Positions 30,244-39,250 of a DNA stretch of 64,000 nt are shown here, piece by piece; positions within the stretch are counted from its first letter, which is position 1; each line of letters starts with the position of its first letter. The position numbers were made by a program, and so were the translations under genes. The DNA is from Candidatus Omnitrophota bacterium (GTDB taxonomy: Bacteria; Omnitrophota; Gorgyraeia; Pluralincolimonadales; Pluralincolimonadaceae): assembly GCA_003141835.1 (NCBI GenBank), contig PLNR01000011.1:107804-171803 (forward strand), in the 5' to 3' direction. A model generated the notes under the pieces. That model saw only the letters and a list, made by a program, of their open reading frames with translations, was not told the DNA's origin and did no database searches.

Positions 30244-31231
30244 CGATATAGTCCTTTATTTCCCTTGTCTTGAATACGGCGTTTGGCAGGCGGGTTAACG
30301 GGTCCCGTATACCTTCCAGCAACTTTTTTTCGTCGAAAGACCTGAACCCGAGGTATTTCGCCCAGCCCATTTTATCGAAGTACTCGCACCTGCCTATCTG
30401 GTGTTCGTGAATAGCGATGAGGACCGACGGCGTCCTTGTCGCGACAAGCTCGAAACTGGTAAGCCCGCCCGCGGAAACGGCTATATCGCAATTCATGAAC
30501 TCATCGAACATATTCGTTATATCCTGCTTTATCCTGTATTTAACGCCTGAATCCTTTAAGCTTCCGGCCAGCCCTTCCATGTGCCGGTATCCCCCGCCCA
30601 CGACCACATACAGCTCCAGACCTGTTTTTCCCCTGATAAGGGCATCTACCACTTTTTGGGTGAAATTATATTCATCGGCTCCGCCCATCGATACCAGCAA
30701 TACCTCCGGCTTGCTTTTATAAGACCTGTTACGGATCCTCGTGAAATCAAAATCAAGCGGCAGGACCGCGTACTGCGGCCCAAGAAGGAATTTGGTGCCG
30801 GGATATTTCTTTTGGTCAAACAGCTTATCCGTACCTACATCCCAGTTCACCACCAGTGACATGCCGTCAGGGATAATGCCGTCGAAATTGATGCAGGCCT
30901 TTACCGCGCGATTTGTGACCCCCTTGTATTCCGTCAAGGGCCTTTCCGTTATTTCAAAGAAGGCCGCGTCGATCCCCCGGGACTCGATGTAACCATTTAT
31001 CTCTTCCGTTTCCTTCCCGATCGAATGCGGCCCTATGATAGCTAGATAATTATTTATCTTGTTCCTCTTTACTATTTCGACGGACTCATCATAATCCCTG
31101 ATGATAAAGTGAGATTCCCAGCCGTCATTCTCGAAATAGCGCGACAGGTGGATAAGCGAAACGAGGTCGCCGGTGCCTATCGACTGCTTCGCGTCGGCCC
31201 TGAAAAGCACTTTTTTTGTCACAGTATGCAA
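30230..31231 (-). CDS. pseG: PseG-like UDP-sugar hydrolase (UDP-2,4-diacetamido-2,4,6-trideoxy-beta-L-altropyranose hydrolase family, MurG-like fold).
   Basis: KVLFRADAKQSIGTG near the N-terminus, LVSMGGAD, and C-terminal DIAVSAGGLTSFEL match the conserved PseG blocks. 333 aa. Confidence 0.68.
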   Translation of the reverse strand: MHTVTKKVLFRADAKQSIGTGDLVSLIHLSRYFENDGWESHFIIRDYDESVEIVKRNKINNYLAIIGPHSIGKETEEINGYIESRGIDAAFFEITERPLTEYKGVTNRAVKACINFDGIIPDGMSLVVNWDVGTDKLFDQKKYPGTKFLLGPQYAVLPLDFDFTRIRNRSYKSKPEVLLVSMGGADEYNFTQKVVDALIRGKTGLELYVVVGGGYRHMEGLAGSLKDSGVKYRIKQDITNMFDEFMNCDIAVSAGGLTSFELVATRTPSVLIAIHEHQIGRCEYFDKMGWAKYLGFRSFDEKKLLEGIRDPLTRLPNAVFKTREIKDYIDGIL

Positions 31232-32289
31232 TCCCAGGTTATCGGGTCCTCGAAAAAGATATCTTTCTTTGCGGTGACCTTATTAGCCTTGAAAAGATCC
31301 AGGTATTTAGGCTCTAACCCGCGTTTTTTCTTCCCCGGCCTTAAGATCTCTATATCGGACGGCCCTATCCTCCGGCCTGCTTTTATGTCCTTGTTGGCGA
31401 AAAGCGCCATGTAAGCGAAATCCCTGAGGTATTTTTCCTTCTCGCCGGTGGTCTTCGCGCTGCTGCCGTAGATGAGCTTATCTATCCTGCATTTTCCTGC
31501 TTTAAGGCCGGATCCGGCCTTCCGTATCGCGGCGACCATCTCTTTCAGTTCATCCGGTTCCAGCGCAAAAAAATGGTCCGGCCCTTTCATCCTTTTATCA
31601 AGGGTTATGTGCTTTTCTATCACCCTGGCACCGAGATATACCGCCTGGACCGGGGCCGCGCAGGCCTCTTTGGTATGGTCAGAGTATCCTATCTCGAGGT
31701 CCGGAAAAGCCGACCCAAGGGTCCTGATAACCCCCAAATTACATTCCCTGAGGTCGGTGGGGTAAGCTATGGAGCAATGCAGCAGGGTGAGTTTATCGTG
31801 ATAACGCTTTACGGTGCTTACCGCATCCTCTACCTCCCCGAGCGTCGCCCCGCCGGTCGAGAGGAAGATCCTGAACCGCTTTTTTGCGCAATATTCAATG
31901 AACGGTATGTTGGTAACGGCATAAGAAGGGATCTTTATCGACCTTAACCCTCCGGCGATCAGCATATCCAGGCATGATCTGTCTGAAGCCGAACACAGGA
32001 AATCGATCTTCTTTTTCTTGCAATAGGCCGTCAACTTGCCTATCCAGGCGCGCGGCATCTCAAAACGGGCCGAGGCCTCATATATATCGTAGGAATACTT
32101 CTTGTCGTTATCGGTCCAGTCGAGCCTCCCTGCGCTTTTCGGATAGAGATATTTTGCCTTGAACAACTGGAACTTTGCCGCGTCGCATCCGGCCTCAGCA
32201 GCCGAATCGATAAGCCTGAAACAATTTTCGAGCAGGCCATTATGGTTTATCCCGATCTCGGCTATTATATATACTTTATTTTTCATCAA
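31219..32289 (-). CDS. pseI: Nonulosonic acid synthase (NeuB/PseI/LegI family), most likely pseudaminic acid synthase.
   Basis: YIIAEIGINHNGLLE…AKFQ TIM-barrel N-terminus and a C-terminal SAF domain. 356 aa. Confidence 0.82.
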   Translation of the reverse strand: MMKNKVYIIAEIGINHNGLLENCFRLIDSAAEAGCDAAKFQLFKAKYLYPKSAGRLDWTDNDKKYSYDIYEASARFEMPRAWIGKLTAYCKKKKIDFLCSASDRSCLDMLIAGGLRSIKIPSYAVTNIPFIEYCAKKRFRIFLSTGGATLGEVEDAVSTVKRYHDKLTLLHCSIAYPTDLRECNLGVIRTLGSAFPDLEIGYSDHTKEACAAPVQAVYLGARVIEKHITLDKRMKGPDHFFALEPDELKEMVAAIRKAGSGLKAGKCRIDKLIYGSSAKTTGEKEKYLRDFAYMALFANKDIKAGRRIGPSDIEILRPGKKKRGLEPKYLDLFKANKVTAKKDIFFEDPITWDCIL

Positions 32290-34171
32290 AATTTTTCCTG
32301 AACCAAAGCTCGAGGTTTATCAGCTGCCACAAGAACATCTGGTGGTCCTTGCCGCCTGCCAAATGCTCGTCGTATATCGCGTTCAATCTATCGACCTTAA
32401 AAATACCCCTGCTTTTTACGGATGGTGAATTGATCAGGTCGTATAACTCCCGCCTGTTCGTGGTCCTGAACCATTCGTTGGCGGGTGCTATGAAACCCGC
32501 CTTATCCTTCCTTGTCCTTACTTTCTCCGGTAATACGCCCTTCATGGACTCGCGCAACAGCCATTTCCCCAGGCCGCGGCGTATCTTGAACTTGTTGGGC
32601 AGCGAAAAACAGAACTCCGCAAGCCGGTAATCCAAAAACGGGGACCTCGACTCTATGGACTGGGACATCGTGTTCCTGTCCTCAGGCCTCAATGAGGCGG
32701 GTATCGTCTCGAACATCATCTCCGAATACAGCCGTTTTGATAAAAGGCTGCTGTAAGGGTTAGGCCAATGTATATCCCTCTTATGCCTGGATACTATATC
32801 CGCGTTAAAACATTCCGAGTAATCCGGGAACCTGCTCATTTCGCTGGTCTTGTTATCCACCAGCCGGCCGATATATTCTTTATACTTGTCTATCTCTGAA
32901 ATATCCCTGCCGTGGTTCTCCTTCCAAGTTTTCAACTCTTCCTGCAAAGATACGGCCTCGCCCTTCTGTTCCAGGTCATAAAAATTATAATGATAATGGT
33001 CCCAGTAGCCGGCAAGGAGCTCATCGCCGCCGTGGCCGTTTAACACGACCGGCGTCCTTTCGAGCTTCACTTTCTTGGCGATCAGGTAAAGGCTGTACCA
33101 GGTGACCGTGCATACCGGTTCGTCATGGTAACCCAACATCTCGTTTATGGTGCCAAAGAGATCCGCCGGGTCAGGCCTGATATAATGAAAATCGGCGTTC
33201 GTTTCTTTTATGACCGAATCGATGTACTCGCTCTCATCGTAAACGCCTTTTTTCTCGCCTGTGATCCCGGAGAACGCCACGATCGGTTTTTTCAGGATCT
33301 TGTAAGCGATACTGGTGATGGAAGTCGAATCCAACCCTCCGCTGAGCATGCATCCGACAGGGACATCGCTTCTCAGCCTTAACTTGACTGAATCGACCAG
33401 CAGGGCCTTAAACCTGTCTATCGCTTCGCCGTCGGATATCCCGCTCCTGTCCTCGGACGGGCGCAGCTGCCAATAATGATCCGTCCTGCATCCGAGGTTT
33501 TCATCGATCTCCATAAATGAGCTTTTGGGCACTTGGGAGATGCCGCTGAAATACGAATCCGCATCAACGTCTACATATCTGTAATTTGCCGCGATATACC
33601 TGTATATCTTGTCGTAATTCGGCTCTTTGACGGCCTTCGGGTGCTTCAAGATCCCTTTTATCTCAGAAGCGAATATAAGTTCGTTCCCGTTCTTTTGGTA
33701 ATAAAGCGGTTTTTTACCGAACCTGTCCCTCGACAATATTACTTTTTTACGTTTCTTGTCAAAGATCGCCAAAGCCCACATCCCGTTAAACCGCTCAAAA
33801 CACTCGGTCCCCCACTTCCCGTAGGCCTTAAGCACGACTTCCGTATCGCTCGTAGAGACGAACCGGCATCCGGCGCGGCCCAGTTCTTCCTTAAGCTCAA
33901 GATAATTATAGACCTCGCCGTTAAAGGTGATCGCTGCCCCGGTCTCGGGATCGACCATCGGCTGGCGGCCGGTTTCGGTAAGGTCGATGATCTTAAGCCT
34001 CCTGTGGCCGAATGCGACAAAACCGCCGTTCTTGCCGCTAAAGTCCGAAAAGATACCGCACCCGCTGCCGTCAGGGCCGCGGTGCGACTGCGCATCGGTC
34101 ATATTCTTGATCGTTGATGCCAGGTCGTAATCCGGCTTACGTATGCCGATAACGCCAGCTATGCCGCACAT
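32276..34171 (-). CDS. Asparagine synthase (glutamine-hydrolysing) family amidotransferase. Paralogue 2 of 3.
   Basis: MCGIAG N-terminus and SGGLDST PP-loop. 631 aa. Clearly paralogous to the gene at 128..2029. Confidence 0.88.
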   Translation of the reverse strand: MCGIAGVIGIRKPDYDLASTIKNMTDAQSHRGPDGSGCGIFSDFSGKNGGFVAFGHRRLKIIDLTETGRQPMVDPETGAAITFNGEVYNYLELKEELGRAGCRFVSTSDTEVVLKAYGKWGTECFERFNGMWALAIFDKKRKKVILSRDRFGKKPLYYQKNGNELIFASEIKGILKHPKAVKEPNYDKIYRYIAANYRYVDVDADSYFSGISQVPKSSFMEIDENLGCRTDHYWQLRPSEDRSGISDGEAIDRFKALLVDSVKLRLRSDVPVGCMLSGGLDSTSITSIAYKILKKPIVAFSGITGEKKGVYDESEYIDSVIKETNADFHYIRPDPADLFGTINEMLGYHDEPVCTVTWYSLYLIAKKVKLERTPVVLNGHGGDELLAGYWDHYHYNFYDLEQKGEAVSLQEELKTWKENHGRDISEIDKYKEYIGRLVDNKTSEMSRFPDYSECFNADIVSRHKRDIHWPNPYSSLLSKRLYSEMMFETIPASLRPEDRNTMSQSIESRSPFLDYRLAEFCFSLPNKFKIRRGLGKWLLRESMKGVLPEKVRTRKDKAGFIAPANEWFRTTNRRELYDLINSPSVKSRGIFKVDRLNAIYDEHLAGGKDHQMFLWQLINLELWFRKNFDEK

Positions 34172-34516
34172 CTATCGTTCTTTCCACTCGTCAAGCCAGC
34201 AGATTATCCTGTTATCCTGTCCCGTCTTCAGGTATTTTCTGAACTCCTTCATCTTTTCCTTTTCGACGGCATGGACATATAACTGGTGCCTCTCATTGAC
34301 GACGAGGGCAACCTTGAAACCCTCCTTTTTGAGCCTGCTGTTCAGGGAAGGGCCCAGGTAGAAACCCCAATCTTTGGCGGCAAAATCGCATTCCTTCCCG
34401 CTTTTCGTGACGAAGGATACCATCTCGCCGTCGTTGAGATATATCTTCCCGAGATCCTTTACTTTATGGCCCTTCACCTCAAAGACCCTCGGCGTTCTCT
34501 TGAATTTGGTTTTCAT
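34172..34516 (-). CDS. Small hypothetical protein (~114 aa).
   Basis: The ORF is wedged with zero spacing between an AsnB paralogue and the PseA-like gene. The internal ATG at 34516 gives an ATGA overlap. No recognisable motif. Confidence 0.38.
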   Translation of the reverse strand: MKTKFKRTPRVFEVKGHKVKDLGKIYLNDGEMVSFVTKSGKECDFAAKDWGFYLGPSLNSRLKKEGFKVALVVNERHQLYVHAVEKEKMKEFRKYLKTGQDNRIICWLDEWKER

Positions 34517-35631
34517 TTCCAATCCCGTCCTTTTACCAGAAAATCCTTTATCATCCACCTGCCGTTATCTTTCGACCATATCCTGCGGTTACGGAAATGT
34601 TCTTCGATCTCATGGAAACGGGCCAGGGAGATCCCCAAGAACGCGCACAGCCTGCGGATATCCCCATGCGGGACCTGGGGCCCTGTTTTCGCGATAACGC
34701 CGATTGCCCTTTCCCTCGTCATCCTGCCGTTGCGTATCTCGACCGAGAGGTTATCGAACAGCCTCGTAAAGCCGAACTTAAGCCATTTAAAATAATGGTG
34801 GACCGAGATGAAGTCGCAATCGATATCCGCATAGTCGTAATACCCTAATTTCGGTGCGCCGGGCCTGTTCTTGAACCCGTTCTCACGCGCTACCCTGTAA
34901 GTCTCCTGCGGGTCCCAGGGGATATAAAACCCTAAAAATATTGACTCGATCTTCTTTTCGCTGAATTCTTTGCCGCTTGGCAAAAAATACGGCTCAAGGC
35001 CTTTTCTTGTAAGGTCCCTGCCGACCCAATCCGCCGCCGAAGTCCCCTGCAATATCCCGTGGCGGTTGAACCAGCCCATGTCCAGCCTGTCGCGGTCCCT
35101 GTCCTTCTCAGGCCCGCCGTACTCCATGTGCGGGCTTTCGCCCCACACGACCAGCGGAATATTTAAACGGACCGCTATTTTTAAAGGGATGCTGAATAGC
35201 GCCATATGCATCGGGACTGCGGTGCTTCCCGTCTTTACAAGCGCCTTGTACATAAAGCGCCTTTCTATTTCCGGGTCGATGGAATAATCTATATGGTCGA
35301 CTCCCAGCCGGATGATGTTATCAAGGTTCTCCTGCCCCAATTCCGTCCTCGCCGGGGTCCTCCAGGTTACGGCCAGGATACGCAGCCCGTATTCCAGGCA
35401 TTTAACCACCTGCCAGGTGCTGTCCTTGCCTCCGCTTACCGGGACTATGCAATCATAACCGCCGGCCCTCGATCTCGCCTTACGGATGATCGCGGACAAT
35501 TCTTTCTTTCTTTTTGCCCAATCGATCGTCGCCTTATATTCATGCCCACGGCATGCCGAACAAACGCCATCCGGGCCGATCGTCAAACCCGGCCTTGTAT
35601 CCGGCAAGACACACTTAGCGCAATATCTCAT
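34513..35631 (-). CDS. N-acetyl sugar amidotransferase (PP-loop ATP-pyrophosphatase, WbuX/LfnA/PseA family), predicted to form an acetamidino sugar.
   Basis: N-terminal Zn-ribbon (CAKC…CSAC) followed by the PP-loop VPVSGGKDST. 372 aa. Confidence 0.7.
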   Translation of the reverse strand: MRYCAKCVLPDTRPGLTIGPDGVCSACRGHEYKATIDWAKRKKELSAIIRKARSRAGGYDCIVPVSGGKDSTWQVVKCLEYGLRILAVTWRTPARTELGQENLDNIIRLGVDHIDYSIDPEIERRFMYKALVKTGSTAVPMHMALFSIPLKIAVRLNIPLVVWGESPHMEYGGPEKDRDRDRLDMGWFNRHGILQGTSAADWVGRDLTRKGLEPYFLPSGKEFSEKKIESIFLGFYIPWDPQETYRVARENGFKNRPGAPKLGYYDYADIDCDFISVHHYFKWLKFGFTRLFDNLSVEIRNGRMTRERAIGVIAKTGPQVPHGDIRRLCAFLGISLARFHEIEEHFRNRRIWSKDNGRWMIKDFLVKGRDWK

Positions 35632-36261
35632 CTAAGTTCTTTCCTTGATCTTGACGGCCGGCACTCCCGCCAAAACTGAATTTTTTCCATACCTGCCCTC
35701 CCTTACAAGCGCCTTTGCGCCGACAACGCACCCATCCTCAAGGACCGCACCTTTCATGATCGCCGCGTTAGCCGCTATCCAGACATCGTTGCCGATGGAT
35801 ATCTTACCGTAAGTGTGTTTCTGGTCCTTTATCAGGGCGCCTTTACCGAAACCGTGCTGCGACGACTGTATGAAGATCATCCCTGAAATAAGGCAATCCT
35901 CTCCGATCGTGACATCCGTGCCGCAGTTAAAAAGGCAATATGGGCCGATCGAGGTGCGCTTGCCTATTTTTAAAATGGCGTCATTAGCCGAAACGAACCT
36001 GCAATCGTTATCTATCGCGACCCCGTCTTCGATGACTATCCTGCCGTTCTCCCTGTTCCTTATGTCTATGTCCCCGAAGATAGAGACGTTATCGCCTATC
36101 GAGATGTTGCGCGGATCACCTCTTAATTTCAATTTAGGGATGCCCTCTATGTAAAAATTCTTACCGACACGGATGCCATAGATCTTCAGTATGCTCTTGA
36201 TCACCCAGCTGTGGAAATAGCAGTATTTCTTGTTAGTTACCAGCGCGAGAAAATCAGGCAT
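35632..36261 (-). CDS. Hexapeptide-repeat (LbH) acyl/acetyltransferase.
   Basis: Multiple [LIV]Gxx hexapeptide turns (IGDNVSIFGDIDI…VIEDGVAIDNDC…). 209 aa. Confidence 0.7.
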   Translation of the reverse strand: MPDFLALVTNKKYCYFHSWVIKSILKIYGIRVGKNFYIEGIPKLKLRGDPRNISIGDNVSIFGDIDIRNRENGRIVIEDGVAIDNDCRFVSANDAILKIGKRTSIGPYCLFNCGTDVTIGEDCLISGMIFIQSSQHGFGKGALIKDQKHTYGKISIGNDVWIAANAAIMKGAVLEDGCVVGAKALVREGRYGKNSVLAGVPAVKIKERT

Positions 36262-37930
36262 GTTTGACCCCGTTCACTTTGAAGACTTTTTTCCAGTCCT
36301 CGAATACCATTGTTTTATAAGCGACCCTGTCATATTTACCCTGCCTTCCCCACTCGAACCACCTGTTCACCGGCGCGGAAAAACCCCTCTTATCCGTCCG
36401 CTCGACTATCTCTTTCGGTATGAATTTCCTGGCGACCTCTTTCAAGGCCCATTTGGTGATCCCGTTCTTTATCTTGTATTTTGACGGCATGGAAAAACCG
36501 AACTGGACGAGCCGGTAATCCAGGTACGGCGACCGGTTCTCTATGCTAAAAGCCATGCAAAGCCTGTCCGACATCTGCAGGAGGACCTGCATCGTGGAAT
36601 AGAAATCGTTAAGCCCCATGGCGTGGACTATGTCGTTGCTCATCTTGTCGAAGTAAAACCCGACCGATTCGCGGAGATACCTGTTTACGGATTCGTCATA
36701 CTGGTTCTCGCACCTGTTTATCAGCTTCGAGTATCTCTCTATGGGGCTTCCGTAATATTTGTCGACCAGGTATGAGTACTGTTTCATCGCCTCCAGGTGG
36801 TGTATCTGTTCGTCATGGTGGAGCAGGTGGTACCTGTGGTATCCCGCGAACGTCTCGTCCGCCCCTTCGCCGGAAAGGATCACCTTGAGGTCCTTCCTGG
36901 CCCTTTCCAGCAGCATCCATAACGAGAAGCTCGTCCAGGTGCACGGCGTATCGAGGTGATAGGCTATCTTTTCCCTGGTACGCAGAAAATCATCCCTTGT
37001 AGGCCTTATCACTATCAGTTTTTTCTTGATCTTTTTCGCGACGAGCTGCGCGTAGTCGAGTTCGTTGAAATCCTCATAGTCGTAATGGGCATGATAGATG
37101 AAATCCGGTTTCGCGATGCAGGCGATCAAAGCGCTGTCTACGCCGCCGCTGATAAAACACCCGTAGCTGTGGACGCAATTCTTGGTCCTCAGCATGATCG
37201 CGTCCTCTACCAATTCACCCAGCGTATTCAATACTTTCTTCTCGTTGTCTTTTACCTCGATGAGGTTATCCCATATCTTCCAGTATCCGTGTTTCGTAAA
37301 ATTATTTCCCTTCACCTTAAGGTATTCGCCGGGCTCGAGAGAATAAATGTCCTTAAACAGCGTCTCCGAAGAGACCGTGAATTCGTAAGCCTTATAGGAC
37401 AGGGCCGCGTCGTTAAACCTGGGTTTGACCACCCGGAGAAGGCATTTCATTTCGCTTGCAAACGCGAAGAAATCGCTACCATAAGCGTAATAAACCGGCT
37501 TTTCCCCGGTCTTGTCCCTTACTATATATGTGGTCTTCTTTCTCGCGTCAAAAAGCGCGAAAGCGTACATGCCGTTGTAATCGTTAAACGACTTTTCCCC
37601 GGTCTCGATGTAGTTACAAAGGATCGTCTCGGCCTCGGATGAGGTCTTGAACTCGTACTTGCCGGCCAGCCCCTTTCTTATTGAATCGTGGTTATAGACT
37701 TCACCGTTGTAGACTATCGCGTGGCTTGATGCCGCGTCTTCATACGGTATCCGGTGCCTGGAAGTGTCTATGATGCTCAATCTCGTCATGCCGATGGTGA
37801 CGTCGCCGTACGTCTCCACCCCGCGCTGGTCCGGGCCCCTGTAGCACATGTCATCGAGCATCTTCGACACGACCGACGAGGAGTTATATTTCTTTTTGTT
37901 GGAAGTTGTAAAACCCGCTATGCCGCACAT
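36254..37930 (-). CDS. Asparagine synthase (glutamine-hydrolysing) family amidotransferase. Paralogue 3 of 3.
   Basis: MCGIAG N-terminus and a GGVDSAL PP-loop variant. 558 aa. Confidence 0.82.
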   Translation of the reverse strand: MCGIAGFTTSNKKKYNSSSVVSKMLDDMCYRGPDQRGVETYGDVTIGMTRLSIIDTSRHRIPYEDAASSHAIVYNGEVYNHDSIRKGLAGKYEFKTSSEAETILCNYIETGEKSFNDYNGMYAFALFDARKKTTYIVRDKTGEKPVYYAYGSDFFAFASEMKCLLRVVKPRFNDAALSYKAYEFTVSSETLFKDIYSLEPGEYLKVKGNNFTKHGYWKIWDNLIEVKDNEKKVLNTLGELVEDAIMLRTKNCVHSYGCFISGGVDSALIACIAKPDFIYHAHYDYEDFNELDYAQLVAKKIKKKLIVIRPTRDDFLRTREKIAYHLDTPCTWTSFSLWMLLERARKDLKVILSGEGADETFAGYHRYHLLHHDEQIHHLEAMKQYSYLVDKYYGSPIERYSKLINRCENQYDESVNRYLRESVGFYFDKMSNDIVHAMGLNDFYSTMQVLLQMSDRLCMAFSIENRSPYLDYRLVQFGFSMPSKYKIKNGITKWALKEVARKFIPKEIVERTDKRGFSAPVNRWFEWGRQGKYDRVAYKTMVFEDWKKVFKVNGVKHA

Positions 37931-39250
37931 CTATTTTATATTTCCCATCTTTCCGTCGCCAACCAGGTGATATACCGTCTTGGGGGAGAATTTAAAATCC
38001 TTGAACAAGGCGACGTTATCGATCACAAGCGAGGCGTCGCGTATCCCGAGCGAATCAATATCCTTTTGGGTGAAATATTTATACCTGTTATGATCGGTCA
38101 TCAGGAGCACGGCCTGGCTCTTCAGCCCCTGCTTAAGCAGGTCGACATGGCGCGAGAACGGCAGGAGCTTCCGGATCGTCTTTTCATCGTAAAGCGGGTC
38201 GTCTATATAGACCTCGATCCCGAGTTTGTTCAGGTATTCCGCGATGGCAACGGACGGCGAAAGGTCTATGCTCTTCTGGTTGCCGCGCACCGTAAGCCCC
38301 ATGATCGTCACGGACTTGCAGCCTGCTTTCTTTATTACCTCTGCGTAATTGAAGATCAGGCTCATGTTGGATTCCTGGGATTCCTTGATCAGCGACAGGA
38401 ACTGGGGCTTTTTGCTTCCTTCGGAAATGTTCTCTACGGAGATCGGGATCTTGCTGCCTCCTGCCCCGATACACAGGTGCGACTCGTTAAGCTCGACGTC
38501 ATTGAGGAGATACTTGACCATGCCCCTGACATTCGTATCAGGATAAGCGAAGGAAAGCTGGTTGATGAAGACTGTCGTCATATATTGGAATGTATTCTTG
38601 GCGTTTTCGTAAAGTTCGGCCTCTTTTATCGTCCCGAGGGCCTTGAATTTGATGCCCAGCAGATTATAAAAGAACTGCGCCTCCGCCAATGATTTTTCGC
38701 TATCCGCCGCTAATATGCGTTTTTCGTTGCGGGCGAAATAATCCTCGATAGTCCAATCGCTGCGGAAAGCCGACGCGAAACCGCAGCCGCAGCCGTTCTG
38801 TTTTAACGGCGCGGTAAAATACCTGTCTATCACTCCGGGCCTGCCGGCGGATTGGAATATCACGAGGGCCCCTTTCAGGCGGCGCTTGTTCTTTATGAAT
38901 ATGCCGGCGAGTTCCTTAAGCGCGTTGTTGCCTTCCCTGTCGATCGCGGGGAACGCTATTACATGCACGCGGGAATCGAACATGCGGGCAGGGTCTTTTA
39001 TCATATTTATCCTGGAAATATCCAGGACCGGGATATCGCCGTTCACAGACCAGCTATATACCTGTTCCCTGTCCAGGTATTCGCCTTTCTTCAGTTTCTT
39101 TTCGAAATTCGTGCCGGTATAATCGAAGACGTCGGCCTTAAAACCCCTCGACTGCAGCTTTATGAGTTTCGTATAGCCGAGATACCCGGCTCCCCAAACG
39201 GAAACCAGTTTTGTCTTAAGCAATTCCTCTTTGAAGTTCTTCATGGTCAC
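37931..39250 (-). CDS. Divergent nucleotide-sugar dehydrogenase-family protein (UDP-glucose/GDP-mannose dehydrogenase-like).
   Basis: N-terminal VWGAGYLG Rossmann motif. The C-terminal block GLTVRGNQKSIDLSPSVAIAEYLNKLGIEVYIDDP resembles the UDPG_MGDP_dh C-terminal domain. 439 aa. Confidence 0.5.
   Translation of the reverse strand: MTMKNFKEELLKTKLVSVWGAGYLGYTKLIKLQSRGFKADVFDYTGTNFEKKLKKGEYLDREQVYSWSVNGDIPVLDISRINMIKDPARMFDSRVHVIAFPAIDREGNNALKELAGIFIKNKRRLKGALVIFQSAGRPGVIDRYFTAPLKQNGCGCGFASAFRSDWTIEDYFARNEKRILAADSEKSLAEAQFFYNLLGIKFKALGTIKEAELYENAKNTFQYMTTVFINQLSFAYPDTNVRGMVKYLLNDVELNESHLCIGAGGSKIPISVENISEGSKKPQFLSLIKESQESNMSLIFNYAEVIKKAGCKSVTIMGLTVRGNQKSIDLSPSVAIAEYLNKLGIEVYIDDPLYDEKTIRKLLPFSRHVDLLKQGLKSQAVLLMTDHNRYKYFTQKDIDSLGIRDASLVIDNVALFKDFKFSPKTVYHLVGDGKMGNIK

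Noticed and set aside
37754-38692. Long plus-strand ORFs (this 312-aa one; also 40485..41294 at 269 aa, 28239..28991 at 250 aa, 57346..58113, 44512..45245 and many 60-200-aa ones).
   Set aside because: Each lies antisense to a minus-strand gene with clear family motifs. Their translations are low-complexity (Arg/Pro/Ala-rich) with no recognisable domains. The perfectly tiled minus-strand array leaves no room for them.
37931-39250. Calling the 439-aa Rossmann protein a PseB-type 4,6-dehydratase to complete the Pse pathway.
   Set aside because: It lacks the SDR TGGxGxxG/YxxxK pattern. Its C-terminal block resembles the UDP-glucose/GDP-mannose dehydrogenase C-domain instead, so it is left as a divergent dehydrogenase-family protein.
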